A stretch of DNA of 64,000 nucleotides from IMG/VR virus record IMGVR_UViG_3300021400_000012, positions 63,575-127,574 of that record; one strand, 5' to 3'. Positions 25,365 through 34,380 of this stretch are shown here, piece by piece. The notes beneath the pieces are model-generated. The model was not told the origin of the DNA, did not search any database, and saw nothing but the letters and a program-made list of their open reading frames with translations. The position numbers were made by a program, and so were the translations under genes. This DNA is from a virus. Lineage: Duplodnaviria > Caudoviricetes. The stretch's first letter is position 1, and each line of letters begins with the position of its first letter.

Positions 25365-26225
25365 ATGATAATTACACGTGAACTATTAATAAAACTATAG
25401 GCTTGCGAACATGGACTGAAATTGTTAGAGAAGTATCCTAATGGTGCTACTTTAATTGAACTAGCCGACGATCCCGATGTGGAATTAGACGATTTTTATT
25501 TTGCGCGTCATTATTTTCATTTTAATGATGAGGAAATGAAAATTTATAATAAGCATTGTCAAATCTTTGGTTGCGGCGACCACATATTGCGCAGCTCAAA
25601 AATTACAGATAGTAATTGGGTTTATAATAGTATTAATATAAATAAATCAAATTATATAAATTAGTGTGAACAAGTAATTGAAAGTTCTGAAATTGTTAAT
25701 TCAGTTAATGTTCAATATAGTAAAAATATAATAAATAGTAAAAATATAAATTATTCTGAAAATGTAGCTGATTCTGATGATATTTCAAATTCTAATAATA
25801 TAATTAATAGTAGTCATATAAATTGGTCTAGCGTAATTAATTCCAGCTTTTTACTTGAAGATTGTCATTTTATGTATAAAAGTAATAATACAAAAGACAG
25901 TTATTTTTGTGGTTTTGTAGAAAATTCTAATCATTGTTTATTTTGTAATAATCTTTCAAATGCTGAGTATCAAATTTTTAATAAATAGGTTACACAAACG
26001 GAATTTGAAAAAGTAAAAGAAATTTTATTATTACAGCTCCAAGCGGAAAATATAGATTTATTAAATATAAATATTGAAAAACATTTAAATCCAAGATTTT
26101 CATACGATTTAAGATTTGATAGAATGTTTGAACAGCTATCTGAACAATTTTATGGTTGGGTAGGATCATTACCTTAGTTTGACGAATAGATATTTCTTTT
26201 ATTGTTTTTTACTACATTAAAATAA
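25365..26225 (+). CDS. Beta-helix (hexad Ser/Asn repeat) protein
   Basis: SxxVxNS repeats; CLFCNNLSNAEYQIFNK(TAG)VT; 5 TAGs. Confidence 0.7.
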
Positions 26226-26293
26226 TTTGATTTTTTTATAAAATTATAATATTATATAAATATAAACTAAAAAGTTTACTTAGGAGTACAATA

Positions 26294-26593
26294 GTGATTA
26301 TTGGTACAGAAAAATCTTTTGAAGCTTGGAAAGTCAAGCCGATTGTGATCAACAAGTGGGCAGATTTATATAATGATACTTGCATCAGGCTGCGGCGTGA
26401 GAAACTCACGTTTAAATAGATAACCCCAACAGAAATCTGTTGGCTTGCTTACGCAAGATATTTAGACACTTATGTCGCGCCTGATGATGTAGTATTTGAT
26501 GCAGGAACTAATGAGCTATTGGCAACTATTGCAAATAAATGGTTCGGCGATGATAGTATCCTGTTTAAAGGGCGCCCGCTATGTGCATAGTAA
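26294..26593 (+). CDS. Hypothetical protein directly upstream of suppressor tRNA
   Basis: SD AGGAG, GTG start, 2 TAGs, ends TAG-TAA. Confidence 0.55.
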
Positions 26594-26598
26594 ATAAT

Positions 26599-26669
26599 TG
26601 GGGTATCGTTAAATGGCATGACAGGAGGCTCTAACCCTCCCTTTGTGGGTTCGAATCCTACTACCCCAG
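26599..26669 (+). tRNA. Amber suppressor tRNA (anticodon CUA), Gln-type body
   Basis: TGGGGTA/TACCCCA acceptor, G73; GGAGG-CT CTA AC-CCTCC; GTGGG-TTCGAAT-CCTAC. Confidence 0.92.
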
Positions 26670-26681
26670 TATGAGGTATCA

Positions 26682-27665
26682 ATGGAACAATTTGGATATA
26701 TTTATAAAATTATAAATGATATAAATGATAAAGTGTATGTTGGCGAAACAACTAGATCTTTAGAAGATCGTTTTTCAGAGCATTGTTTTGAAAAAAGATC
26801 AACGTCTAGAATTCATAAGGCCATTCAAGAGCTAGGCTGGCAGCATTTTAAAATTGTTGAAATTGAAAAGGTTCCGTTATCTCAAATTTTTGAACGAGAA
26901 ACTTATTGGGTTCAATATTATAATTCATATAAAAATGGTTATAATGGTACCCCTGATGGACAGAGTATAAAATTTCATGAACATACTCGATGGTATAATA
27001 GTGTTCATATAATTGAGCCTAATTTATTTTTTGATAGCGCTGAAGCTATGGCGCGCGAATTACACAATTTAACTTCTTGGTCTTTTCGTTTTTGCAACGA
27101 TAAAATAAAACAAAGCTTAAATGAAAATAAAGATTTTCTTGGTTATCATTTAGAGTATGTTAAAATATATGAAAATGAAATATCAAGTATAGAAGATCGA
27201 GAAAATTGGATTAAAATTTTAAATATACAATTTGCAGGAAAACGAATTTATTGCGAAAAATTAAATAAAGAATTTAATACTGTAGGTGAAGCAGCAAAGT
27301 ATTTATTAGAGAATGGATATTATATTGGGCAGTCAAAAATTCCAATTCAATCTATAGTAACTACAATTAGTCGGCAGCTCAAAGAGCCAGAGAGTGTTTT
27401 GTCTAGCATCTCTGGGAATTTAGTGTTTGAGCAGCTTCCAGGCTCAACAAAAAATAAAGGTTCTCAAACGCCATGGCAAAGTCAAAAAGTTCATTGTAAT
27501 GAATTAAATATGGATTTTGATTCTCAAACTGAGGCCGCGCGTTATATGATTGAAAAAGGATATTGGAGCGGTATTAAATTAAAAACTGGTAAATTAAGAC
27601 TTAGCGATATTATAAATGGTATTTTTCCAAATTATAAAGGCTATAGTTTTAAAAGAATAGAATGA
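26682..27665 (+). mobile_element. Free-standing GIY-YIG homing endonuclease with NUMOD1-like repeats
   Basis: GYIYKIIN...VYVGET...RF.EH...RE.YW...GYN; repeated F.S..EAARY DNA-binding units; no TAG. Confidence 0.8.
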
Positions 27666-27856
27666 ACGCAGTTGTATGTAATAATTATTAGTGTAAATAT
27701 AATGGTGGAAAATTTTGTAACAAACCTATACTTATTATGCTAAATGGTGGTTGTAGTGAGTTAATTGATAAAAATGGAAATTTAAAAGATCCATCGGTTT
27801 GGACAAAACAAATGATGTCTACGGAAGAATGGAAGAATTTATATGAAGGAACGTAA
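27662..27856 (+). CDS. Small Cys-rich protein
   Basis: VCNNY(TAG)CKYNGGKFC; ATGA overlap. Confidence 0.5.
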
Positions 27857-28028
27857 GTTTAGGAAAATCGTTGATATTATTACAGTTATTATTGCGGCGA
27901 TTTTATCGGGTATGTTAGCATATGGGCTTATTGTAGATGGAAGAAAATCTATTTTAGAAGCACCATTTTATTTAATTTTTACTGGTATTTTATTTATTCT
28001 CGCTTATAAGAAGCGAGATGACATTTAA
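27843..28028 (+). CDS. Small two-TM membrane protein
   Basis: Two hydrophobic segments. Confidence 0.55.
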   Translation: MKERKFRKIVDIITVIIAAILSGMLAYGLIVDGRKSILEAPFYLIFTGILFILAYKKRDDI

Positions 28029-28031
28029 TGT

Positions 28032-28121
28032 GGAGCCATAATCCTAATTGGTAAGGAGCGTGTCTTGAAAACACGTAGTAGTCGTTCGCGCGGCGTTTCA
28101 GTTCGAGTCTGAATGGCTCCG
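28032..28121 (+). tRNA. tRNA-Ser(UGA)
   Basis: Cloverleaf, loop CT TGA AA, long variable arm. Confidence 0.9.
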
Positions 28122-28126
28122 CTTGT

Positions 28127-28197
28127 GGCAACGTAGTCAAGTGGAAAGACAATCGGTTGCAACCCGACGACCGTAGGTTCGAATCCTACCGTTGTCT
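28127..28197 (+). tRNA. tRNA-Cys(GCA)
   Basis: Loop TT GCA AC, U73. Confidence 0.88.
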
Positions 28198-28200
28198 TCT

Positions 28201-28273
28201 GGCTGGATGGTCTACGCGGTCGGGGCGGTGGACTGAAAATCCATTCACGTTGGTTCGACTCCAACTCCAGCCA
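28201..28273 (+). tRNA. tRNA-Phe(GAA)
   Basis: Loop CT GAA AA. Confidence 0.88.
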
Positions 28274-28276
28274 TTT

Positions 28277-28366
28277 GGAAAGGTACTCAAGTTTGGCTGA
28301 AGAGGCGCCCCTGCTAAGGGTGTAGGCCGTTTACACGGTGCAAGGGTTCAAATCCCTTCCTTTCCG
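28277..28366 (+). tRNA. tRNA-Ser(GCU)
   Basis: Loop CT GCT AA, long variable arm. Confidence 0.9.
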
Positions 28367-28369
28367 TCT

Positions 28370-28441
28370 GAGGACTTGGTGTAATTGGGAGCATAGCGGT
28401 CTCCAAAACCGTTGGTTTAGGTTCAAGTCCTAAAGTTCTTG
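28370..28441 (+). tRNA. tRNA-Trp(CCA)
   Basis: Loop CT CCA AA. Confidence 0.88.
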
Positions 28442-28458
28442 TTAGGAGAAATGAAATA

Positions 28459-28734
28459 ATGGGAGAAAATGATCTGCATAAAGTTGAAGCTTGTACTTCA
28501 ACTTCGTCAACTTATACAATTCCAAATTCTACTATTGGCGATCTTAACTATTCTCAATATTGTCTTTATAGATTGCCTTGTGGAATTTGCACAAGAACAA
28601 ATAGTATTTGCCCATTAAGTGGTAATTGTATAACTACGCCTTCGTGGGGAACTATTGCTTAGACCACTGGAAGTACTACAGTTCCAGCTAATCAAATAGT
28701 GAAAGGAGAGACAACAGCACATTTTATGTGCTAA
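28459..28734 (+). CDS. Small Cys-rich protein
   Basis: CLYRLPCGICTRTNSICP; extends through a TAG to TAA. Confidence 0.55.
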
Positions 28735-28742
28735 TTAAACTT

Positions 28743-29288
28743 ATGATTAAATCATTATACCCGCAATTTCAGCGATGGGCCGAAAAAGGAGCTGTTTGGA
28801 TTATTAGCGATCCGCATCTTAATGATAAAGATTGTAAACTAATAGACCCATATTGGCCTTCTCCTGAAGAATATATTTCAGCTCTTAAAACTGATATTGG
28901 AAAGAATGATACTTTAATTTGTTTAGGTGATGTCGGCGAACAAGAATACCTCAAATCTTTAAAGTGTTATAAAGTTTTAATTACTGGAAATCATGACGCT
29001 GGCGCCACAACTTATAAAGATACATTTGATGAAGTCTATGATGGGCCGCTCTTCATTGCAGATCGTATTTTACTTTCACATGAACCAATTAATGGATTAG
29101 AGGATATTTGTCTTAATATTCATGGCCACATTCACAATTCATTTGATGATGACCGCGGGCATCTGAATCTCGCAGCCAATGTGTGTGATTATTATCCCTT
29201 CAATTTAGGGCGCGCAATTAAAAACGGATTGCTTTCTGAATATAAAAATTATCATAAGTTAATTCTTGAAAAAAGAGAAAAATTATAA
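28743..29288 (+). CDS. Calcineurin-like metallophosphoesterase
   Basis: SDPH, LGDVG, GNHD, SHEP, HGHIH. Confidence 0.88.
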   Translation: MIKSLYPQFQRWAEKGAVWIISDPHLNDKDCKLIDPYWPSPEEYISALKTDIGKNDTLICLGDVGEQEYLKSLKCYKVLITGNHDAGATTYKDTFDEVYDGPLFIADRILLSHEPINGLEDICLNIHGHIHNSFDDDRGHLNLAANVCDYYPFNLGRAIKNGLLSEYKNYHKLILEKREKL

Positions 29289-29346
29289 TATAATAGATTT
29301 ATCGAAAGTAAGAAAAACAAATTTACTTCGATTTGAAAAGTTAATA

Positions 29347-29510
29347 ACTTGGCTGTCGATGACGTCGGATAAACAACTCAAAGGTAGAACTGGCAAACCA
29401 AAGTAGACGAATTGCCTAATAGCAGAGCGAGTATAGGGAGTCATGACCCTTCTAAAGTCCCCGAATAAAAAGTAGACTGCGGCGGGTAGGTACGAGAGTT
29501 GTAGCCAAGT
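29347..29510 (+). ncRNA. Unassigned structured RNA
   Basis: ACTTGGCT/AGCCAAGT closing stem, ACAACTC/GAGTTGT, AGGG-agtcatga-CCCT hairpin; no ORF. Confidence 0.5.
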
Positions 29511-29793
29511 AAAAATGGAAAATGTAAATCGGTTTCTCTTCTCCTAAGGCCATGGAGTTTCATTGCCGCGGTGGATGCAATCACCATCGAGAAAATAAGA
29601 GATTGTCCCTACGGTTATCGGGGTTATGGGGAACTCGCAAACCAAAGTGAGCGCTACTCACTAGGGGGTACTACCGATGCTACTGAAACGGTGAGTCGAC
29701 GCCGGTCGGGATCAAATACTAGCACCCGTATCAGGTGCCCCCTCGGCTATTTGTCCTAATATAATTTTTTAGGTTTTTGAGCCGAGGTTTTTT

Positions 29794-29877
29794 GCTCTGA
29801 TGGCGGAATTGGTATACGCTACGGACTTAAAATCCGTCGCCCGCAAGGGATTGAGGGTTCGAATCCCTCTCGGAGCA
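29794..29877 (+). tRNA. tRNA-Leu(UAA)
   Basis: Loop CT TAA AA, variable arm. Confidence 0.9.
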
Positions 29878-29881
29878 TTAT

Positions 29882-29952
29882 GTGCCTATGGCGTAATGGT
29901 AGCGTAACAGCCTTCCAAGCTGTGGGTGCGAGTTCAATCCTCGTTAGGCACT
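29882..29952 (+). tRNA. tRNA-Gly(UCC)
   Basis: Loop CT TCC AA. Confidence 0.9.
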
Positions 29953-29959
29953 TAGATAT

Positions 29960-30032
29960 TGCTGGGTAGCTCAATGGCTAAAGTAATGTCTTCATACGAC
30001 AGAGATTGTGGGTTCGAATCCCACTCCAGCAA
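29960..30032 (+). tRNA. tRNA-Met/Ile2(CAU)
   Basis: Loop TT CAT AC; TGCTGGG/TCCAGCA acceptor. Confidence 0.8.
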
Positions 30033-30093
30033 TTTGAAATTTTCTAAAATATATGTTATAATATTTATAGAAAATGGAAAGGAAAGTTTCAAA

Positions 30094-30546
30094 ATGGATA
30101 AGATATATTTAGCTGGTTCTTGTGGCTCGGAATCGCGTACAATTATGAAAAGTATTGCTAATCAGCTTCGAGAGATGGGTGCGGAAGTCTATTGTCCTTT
30201 TGAACTTAAAATCCCCAATGCTTGGGATATGTGTCAGGAAGAGTGGGCGCGCAAAGTATTTGATAAAGATATTGCAGCCATTCGCGATTGTGATATTTTT
30301 GTTATGATAACGCCGGGCCGCGCAAGTACTGCTGGCACAAATTTTGAACAAGGGTTTGCTTATGCACTAGGTAAACGAATCATTGTGATTCAGTATACTG
30401 AAAGTAATACCAGTCTTATGACCTATTGCGGTGCAACTGCTTTTGCCAATGTTGATGAAAATGATATGATTTATCATTTTAAAGACTGTCTTGTTAAAGC
30501 AATGAAAAACTCTTTAAACAATGTTTGTGAAACAATCTTAACCTAA
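30094..30546 (+). CDS. Nucleoside 2-deoxyribosyltransferase-like protein
   Basis: KIYLAGS, VYCP, DIAAIRDCD, AGTNFEQGFAYALGK. Confidence 0.85.
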   Translation: MDKIYLAGSCGSESRTIMKSIANQLREMGAEVYCPFELKIPNAWDMCQEEWARKVFDKDIAAIRDCDIFVMITPGRASTAGTNFEQGFAYALGKRIIVIQYTESNTSLMTYCGATAFANVDENDMIYHFKDCLVKAMKNSLNNVCETILT

Positions 30547-30609
30547 GCTTCGACTCCGAGGGCAAATCGGGTAGGTGAAAGCGGTGTCAGCCTTAAGTGT
30601 GCCGCATAT

Positions 30610-30685
30610 TGGGGTGTAGTTCAGTTTGGCTAGAACGCTTGATTTGGGATCAAGAGGCTCGCAGGTTCAAATCCTGTCACTCCAA
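30610..30685 (+). tRNA. tRNA-Pro(UGG)
   Basis: Loop TT TGG GA. Confidence 0.9.
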
Positions 30686-30812
30686 TTGGATTGGTTTACC
30701 TTACAAACCCGTGTTGTGTATTGTGATGTGGAAGCAATACTCCGGTCGCCTGATATCGTTATGGCCCGACACTCGTGCGCGTAATTGACTGGTTAAAGCC
30801 TGGCGCACATTC

Positions 30813-30884
30813 GCCTCTATAGCTCAATGGTAGAGCATCCGGCTGTTAACCGGAGGGTTGTAGGTTCGAGCCCTTCTGGAGGCG
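30813..30884 (+). tRNA. tRNA-Asn(GUU)
   Basis: Loop CT GTT AA. Confidence 0.9.
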
Positions 30885-30888
30885 TTTT

Positions 30889-30961
30889 CACTCGTTAGAC
30901 TAGCAGGCAAGGTTAAGACCCTTTCAAGGTCTTGGGCCGGGTTCGAATCCCGGACGAGTGA
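30889..30961 (+). tRNA. tRNA-Glu(UUC)
   Basis: Loop CT TTC AA. Confidence 0.85.
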
Positions 30962-30962
30962 T

Positions 30963-31117
30963 AAAATTAAATAATCCAGCCAGAGTGTGCCTGGCCATCT
31001 ACTGAGCAGGTTAGATAGTGCGCATATACTAATCTAGTAGATGATACAAATAAGACCCGATTGCAATGAATCAGCATAATAAGAATGGGCGCTGCACGAA
31101 ATGGATTGTTTAATTTT
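30963..31117 (+). ncRNA. Unassigned structured RNA
   Basis: 16-bp closing stem AAAATTAAATAATCCA/TGGATTGTTTAATTTT enclosing GCCAG/CTGGC and CATCTACT/AGTAGATG hairpins. Confidence 0.55.
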
Positions 31118-31121
31118 ATTT

Positions 31122-31191
31122 GGGGATGATTTCAGAAAAAGTGTAGAAGTAGCGCTGCTACAAAAAATAGGTGCAACTCCTATCGTCTCCA
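31122..31191 (+). ncRNA. Minimal Ala-type tRNA-like RNA (tmRNA TLD-like)
   Basis: GGGGATG/CGTCTCC-A acceptor with G3:U70; T-arm ATAGG-TGCAACT-CCTAT; no D-stem or normal anticodon arm. Confidence 0.6.
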
Positions 31192-31195
31192 TTTT

Positions 31196-31269
31196 ACTCC
31201 ATTGGCGCAATTGGCAGACGCGTCTGACTTAGGATCAGAATTCTGTGGGTTCGAATCCCATGTGGAGTA
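31196..31269 (+). tRNA. tRNA-Leu(UAG), short variable loop
   Basis: Loop CT TAG GA; variable region only ATTCT. Confidence 0.85.
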
Positions 31270-31273
31270 TTTT

Positions 31274-31347
31274 GGCTTGGTAGTTCAGCTGGTCAGAACG
31301 CCGCCCTGTCACGGCGGAGGTCATGGGTTCGATCCCCATTCAAGTCG
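31274..31347 (+). tRNA. tRNA-Asp(GUC)
   Basis: Loop CT GTC AC. Confidence 0.9.
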
Positions 31348-31368
31348 CTTGTAGAAAGGAGATAGATA

Positions 31369-31659
31369 ATGAGTAGGTCTTATAAAAAATCCCCTGTCTA
31401 TACCGATGGTTCTCCTGGAACCACCAAAGAAAAGAAAAAGGTAGCTAATCGAAAAGTTCGACGTGCTGAAGATATTCCTAATGGCGGAGCTTATAAAAAG
31501 GTTCATGAATCGTGGGATATTCACGATTATGTGAATCGCTGGACGTGGGAAGAAGCTAAAGCATTTTGGGAAAGTGGTGAGAACGAATATCTCACTAAGC
31601 ATTATCCCACAGAAAAAGATTTCTACCGCTATTGGCTGAAATGTTGTAAGTCAAAATGA
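31369..31659 (+). CDS. Basic hypothetical phage protein
   Basis: SD AAGGAG; MSRSYKKSP...KKVANRKVRR. Confidence 0.7.
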   Translation: MSRSYKKSPVYTDGSPGTTKEKKKVANRKVRRAEDIPNGGAYKKVHESWDIHDYVNRWTWEEAKAFWESGENEYLTKHYPTEKDFYRYWLKCCKSK

Positions 31660-31992
31660 TTGGTCTACATTACAGACCCGATCAAGTGTTTTATATTTAG
31701 CGCGAATTAAGTCGTTTGTTGATTATACATATGTGATGTTCAGCCGATTTTTCCATCACCCAGTACTGAATGTTATTGATGACCAAATATCGAAGCAAGT
31801 TTCTTACCAGCCCTCTTCGAGGCGCATCAGTCAGTGGACTTTATGAAGCTGGGGAACTCCAGGAAAATTCCCTGCCAGCAAGGGTTGGGCCTTGCATATG
31901 GGCAATGGTAGCCCAGGAAGGTGCGGCGCGGTTCGAGTCCGCAAGTTGAAGCCGTTCGAATCGGCCAGCGCATGGTGCAAAACCTTCCATTT

Positions 31993-32065
31993 GCTTCTCT
32001 GGCGCAATCGGTAGCGCAACTGACCTGTAATCAGTAGGTTGAGGGTTCGAGTCCCTCGGGGAGCT
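31993..32065 (+). tRNA. tRNA-Thr(UGU)
   Basis: Loop CC TGT AA (C33). Confidence 0.88.
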
Positions 32066-32067
32066 TT

Positions 32068-32333
32068 GGCCGGTAGACAAGCATTAAAAGTCGAAAAGAC
32101 AATGTTAATCTCGGGAAAGGAAAGCAGTGGAGAGACACCACAGCGGGCGGCGGTACGCAGAGAGCGATGGTAAAAAATACCATAGAGCGCGGCGAACATT
32201 ATATTGAGAACGTAACTTAACAAGGTGAGAGACCTAGTACTAAACGATAATGTAAAAATCCGCATAAGCTACCCCAGTTACAATCGTTGAATCCGGAAGA
32301 GATGGCGCGTGATTGAAACTGCACGCCTGGCCA
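32068..32333 (+). ncRNA. Unassigned ~265-nt structured RNA
   Basis: GGCCGG/CTGGCC-A ends; GCGTG/CACGC hairpin; T-loop-like GTGG-agagaca-CCAC and AGGT-gagag-ACCT. Confidence 0.5.
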
Positions 32334-32359
32334 TGAATTAATATTGAATGAGGAAAATT

Positions 32360-32554
32360 ATGACTTGGGAAGAGTTCAAAAATCTAAAGTTTACATATGA
32401 AACGACCAACTATAAAAAGACGTAGATTGAATGTCCAAAATGCGGCGCGCCACTATTTATGCGGACAGACGTAGTTCTTACTACTTATCCAGTGCAATAT
32501 CAATACGTATGTAAAGAATGCGGCTGGGTAGGGCATAGTTTTAATAAGGCATAA
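32360..32554 (+). CDS. Zn-ribbon protein
   Basis: CPKCG...CKECGW; one TAG. Confidence 0.7.
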
Positions 32555-32561
32555 TTTATGC

Positions 32562-32633
32562 GCAGGTATAGTATAATGGTTATTATGAGTCCTCGCCAAG
32601 GATTAGATGTGGGTTCAATTCCCACTACTTGCT
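32562..32633 (+). tRNA. tRNA-Gly(GCC)
   Basis: Loop TC GCC AA (C33). Confidence 0.8.
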
Positions 32634-32793
32634 TAGCAGTTAAGTGCGACTGCAATAAAACGCACAATGAGATGCGAAACTCTCGTGAATCCCCTCTTGC
32701 ACAAAGGGAGAATCGAAAAAAGCCGTTAATGGTAACTGCGAAACGTTAAATACAGTGCTTGCTGATACTTGTGCAAGAAGTAATCAGCAACTT

Positions 32794-32878
32794 GGGGATG
32801 TGGCGAAATCGGCAGACGCAGCGGACTCAAAATCCGCTGGTGCAAAACACCGTACGGGTTCAAGTCCCGTCATCCCCA
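32794..32878 (+). tRNA. tRNA-Leu(CAA)
   Basis: Loop CT CAA AA, variable arm. Confidence 0.9.
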
Positions 32879-32992
32879 TCATCATATTCATTCGTAGTTT
32901 AAATAAGGTGCCAAAAAATAAATCCTTAGGTAAAACACCTTCTGCGCAAAGGAAATGCAAGTGCGAGGCTTGCCGAATGAGCTATCATATAT

Positions 32993-33065
32993 GGGGCTAT
33001 AGCTCAGTTGGGAGAGCGCACGGTTTGCACCCGTGAGGTCGAGGGTTCGGGTCCCTCTAGCTCCA
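32993..33065 (+). tRNA. tRNA-Ala(UGC)
   Basis: Loop TT TGC AC, G3:U70. Confidence 0.9.
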
Positions 33066-33189
33066 CTAAGACCGCAGGGATGGCCAAGCACCAAGGTCGC
33101 TTCTTTTCATCTATGTGATGGTTTGCTGCGGTATATAAATAAATATGGGCCTGCGGAAGCGTGGTAGTGCTTTCATGACTTCCGACTAA

Positions 33190-33266
33190 TGGGGTGTCGC
33201 CAAGAGGCTTAAGGCCGCGGACTTTGACTCCGTGATATGTCGCTGGTTCGAATCCAGCCACTCCAG
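33190..33266 (+). tRNA. tRNA-Gln(UUG)
   Basis: Loop CT TTG AC, U1:A72. Confidence 0.9.
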
Positions 33267-33281
33267 CTATAGGAGGATTAA

Positions 33282-34208
33282 ATGACAAAACGACTTATTG
33301 CAATAGTAATATTGGTTCTTTTTGTTTTAGGAACAATTTTACTTAGTTGTAATTCTGGATAGCCATAGCGTAATTTAATTCCAGAAGAAATAGATTCAAC
33401 TACTGATGTTCCCGCAACAGAAGAACTAACTTATGTTGAGGTAGAAACAAGTACGGAAGTTGAAACTGAAGAAACTATTTATACTGAAATTGAAGAAACT
33501 ACTACAATCAAAATTGAGACTAAAACGGAAGAACCTACAACGGTACCTGAAGTTATAAAAACACAAATGTGGACTGCGACTGCAGTATATTTTAGAACAG
33601 GACCTGATACACATTGTAATTATTATCAAACACTTACAAAAGGAACTGAAATTATTGCACTTGATTTTGATTGGAATAATGAATGGACGCAAGTTTATCA
33701 TAACGATAATGTCGGATATATTTATACTGAATATCTAGATGAAAATTTTGTAAATAAGTACGATTATTACTATATTAATTATGGTAATCAGATTGAAAAA
33801 CTTGATCCTGCATTACAAGAATATGCGCAAGATATTCTAGACGAGTGGGGTTGCCGCGACTTTTTTAAATTTTTCTTATGCCAAGCATATCAAGAATCAC
33901 ATTATAATATGAATAGTGTGGGTAAGATGCATGGCGGCTACTATGACTATGGAATTATGCAAATTTGGGAAGGTCACGTTTATAATAAAAATTCTTTTTG
34001 TTATAACATAATACAAGAACACCCTAACTATAAAATAAATCCATACGACAATATTTATGTCGGTTTGTGGATGTGGCATGAATGGTATAAAGTTACGGGT
34101 GATTATATTACAGCTTTAGGTTGTTATCTGAGTGGAACCACTACACCTTCTCAAACTTATATTAATTCTGTATTAGGACATATGAATTATTTATCTTTAG
34201 TACAATAA
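33282..34208 (+). CDS. Lipoprotein with SH3b and lytic transglycosylase (SLT-like) domains
   Basis: Signal peptide with LLSC lipobox, then two TAGs; T/E-rich linker; VYFRTGP...GYI SH3; QES...YGIMQI. Confidence 0.75.
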
Positions 34209-34306
34209 AATTTAAGGTACATAAGAGTGCTGACCTGGTTATTGCACTTAATACTCGACCAATCGCGCGAAAACAAATCTTATGTATTTTAATTTTTTGA
34301 AATTAA

Positions 34307-34380
34307 TGGGGCGTAGCTCAGTTGGTGAGAGCGTCGGCCTTATAAGCCGCAGGTCATGGGTTCGAATCCCATCGCCCCTA
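34307..34380 (+). tRNA. tRNA-Ile(UAU)
   Basis: Loop CT TAT AA; U1:U72 mismatch. Confidence 0.8.

Noticed and set aside
26670-26700. Theta (HDV-like) ribozyme after the suppressor tRNA
   Set aside because: The endonuclease SD and ATG follow within 12 nt; no room or consensus
29412-29490. Twister ribozyme (GCC-TAA..GCAG...CTGC..GGT)
   Set aside because: Central GGUnnnAAGCC/pseudoknot elements are not found; left as unassigned RNA
32636-32750. tmRNA coding piece (pk1 followed by GTAACTGCG resume-like sequence)
   Set aside because: Implied tag would be only AKR*, and no pairing to a TLD piece was found
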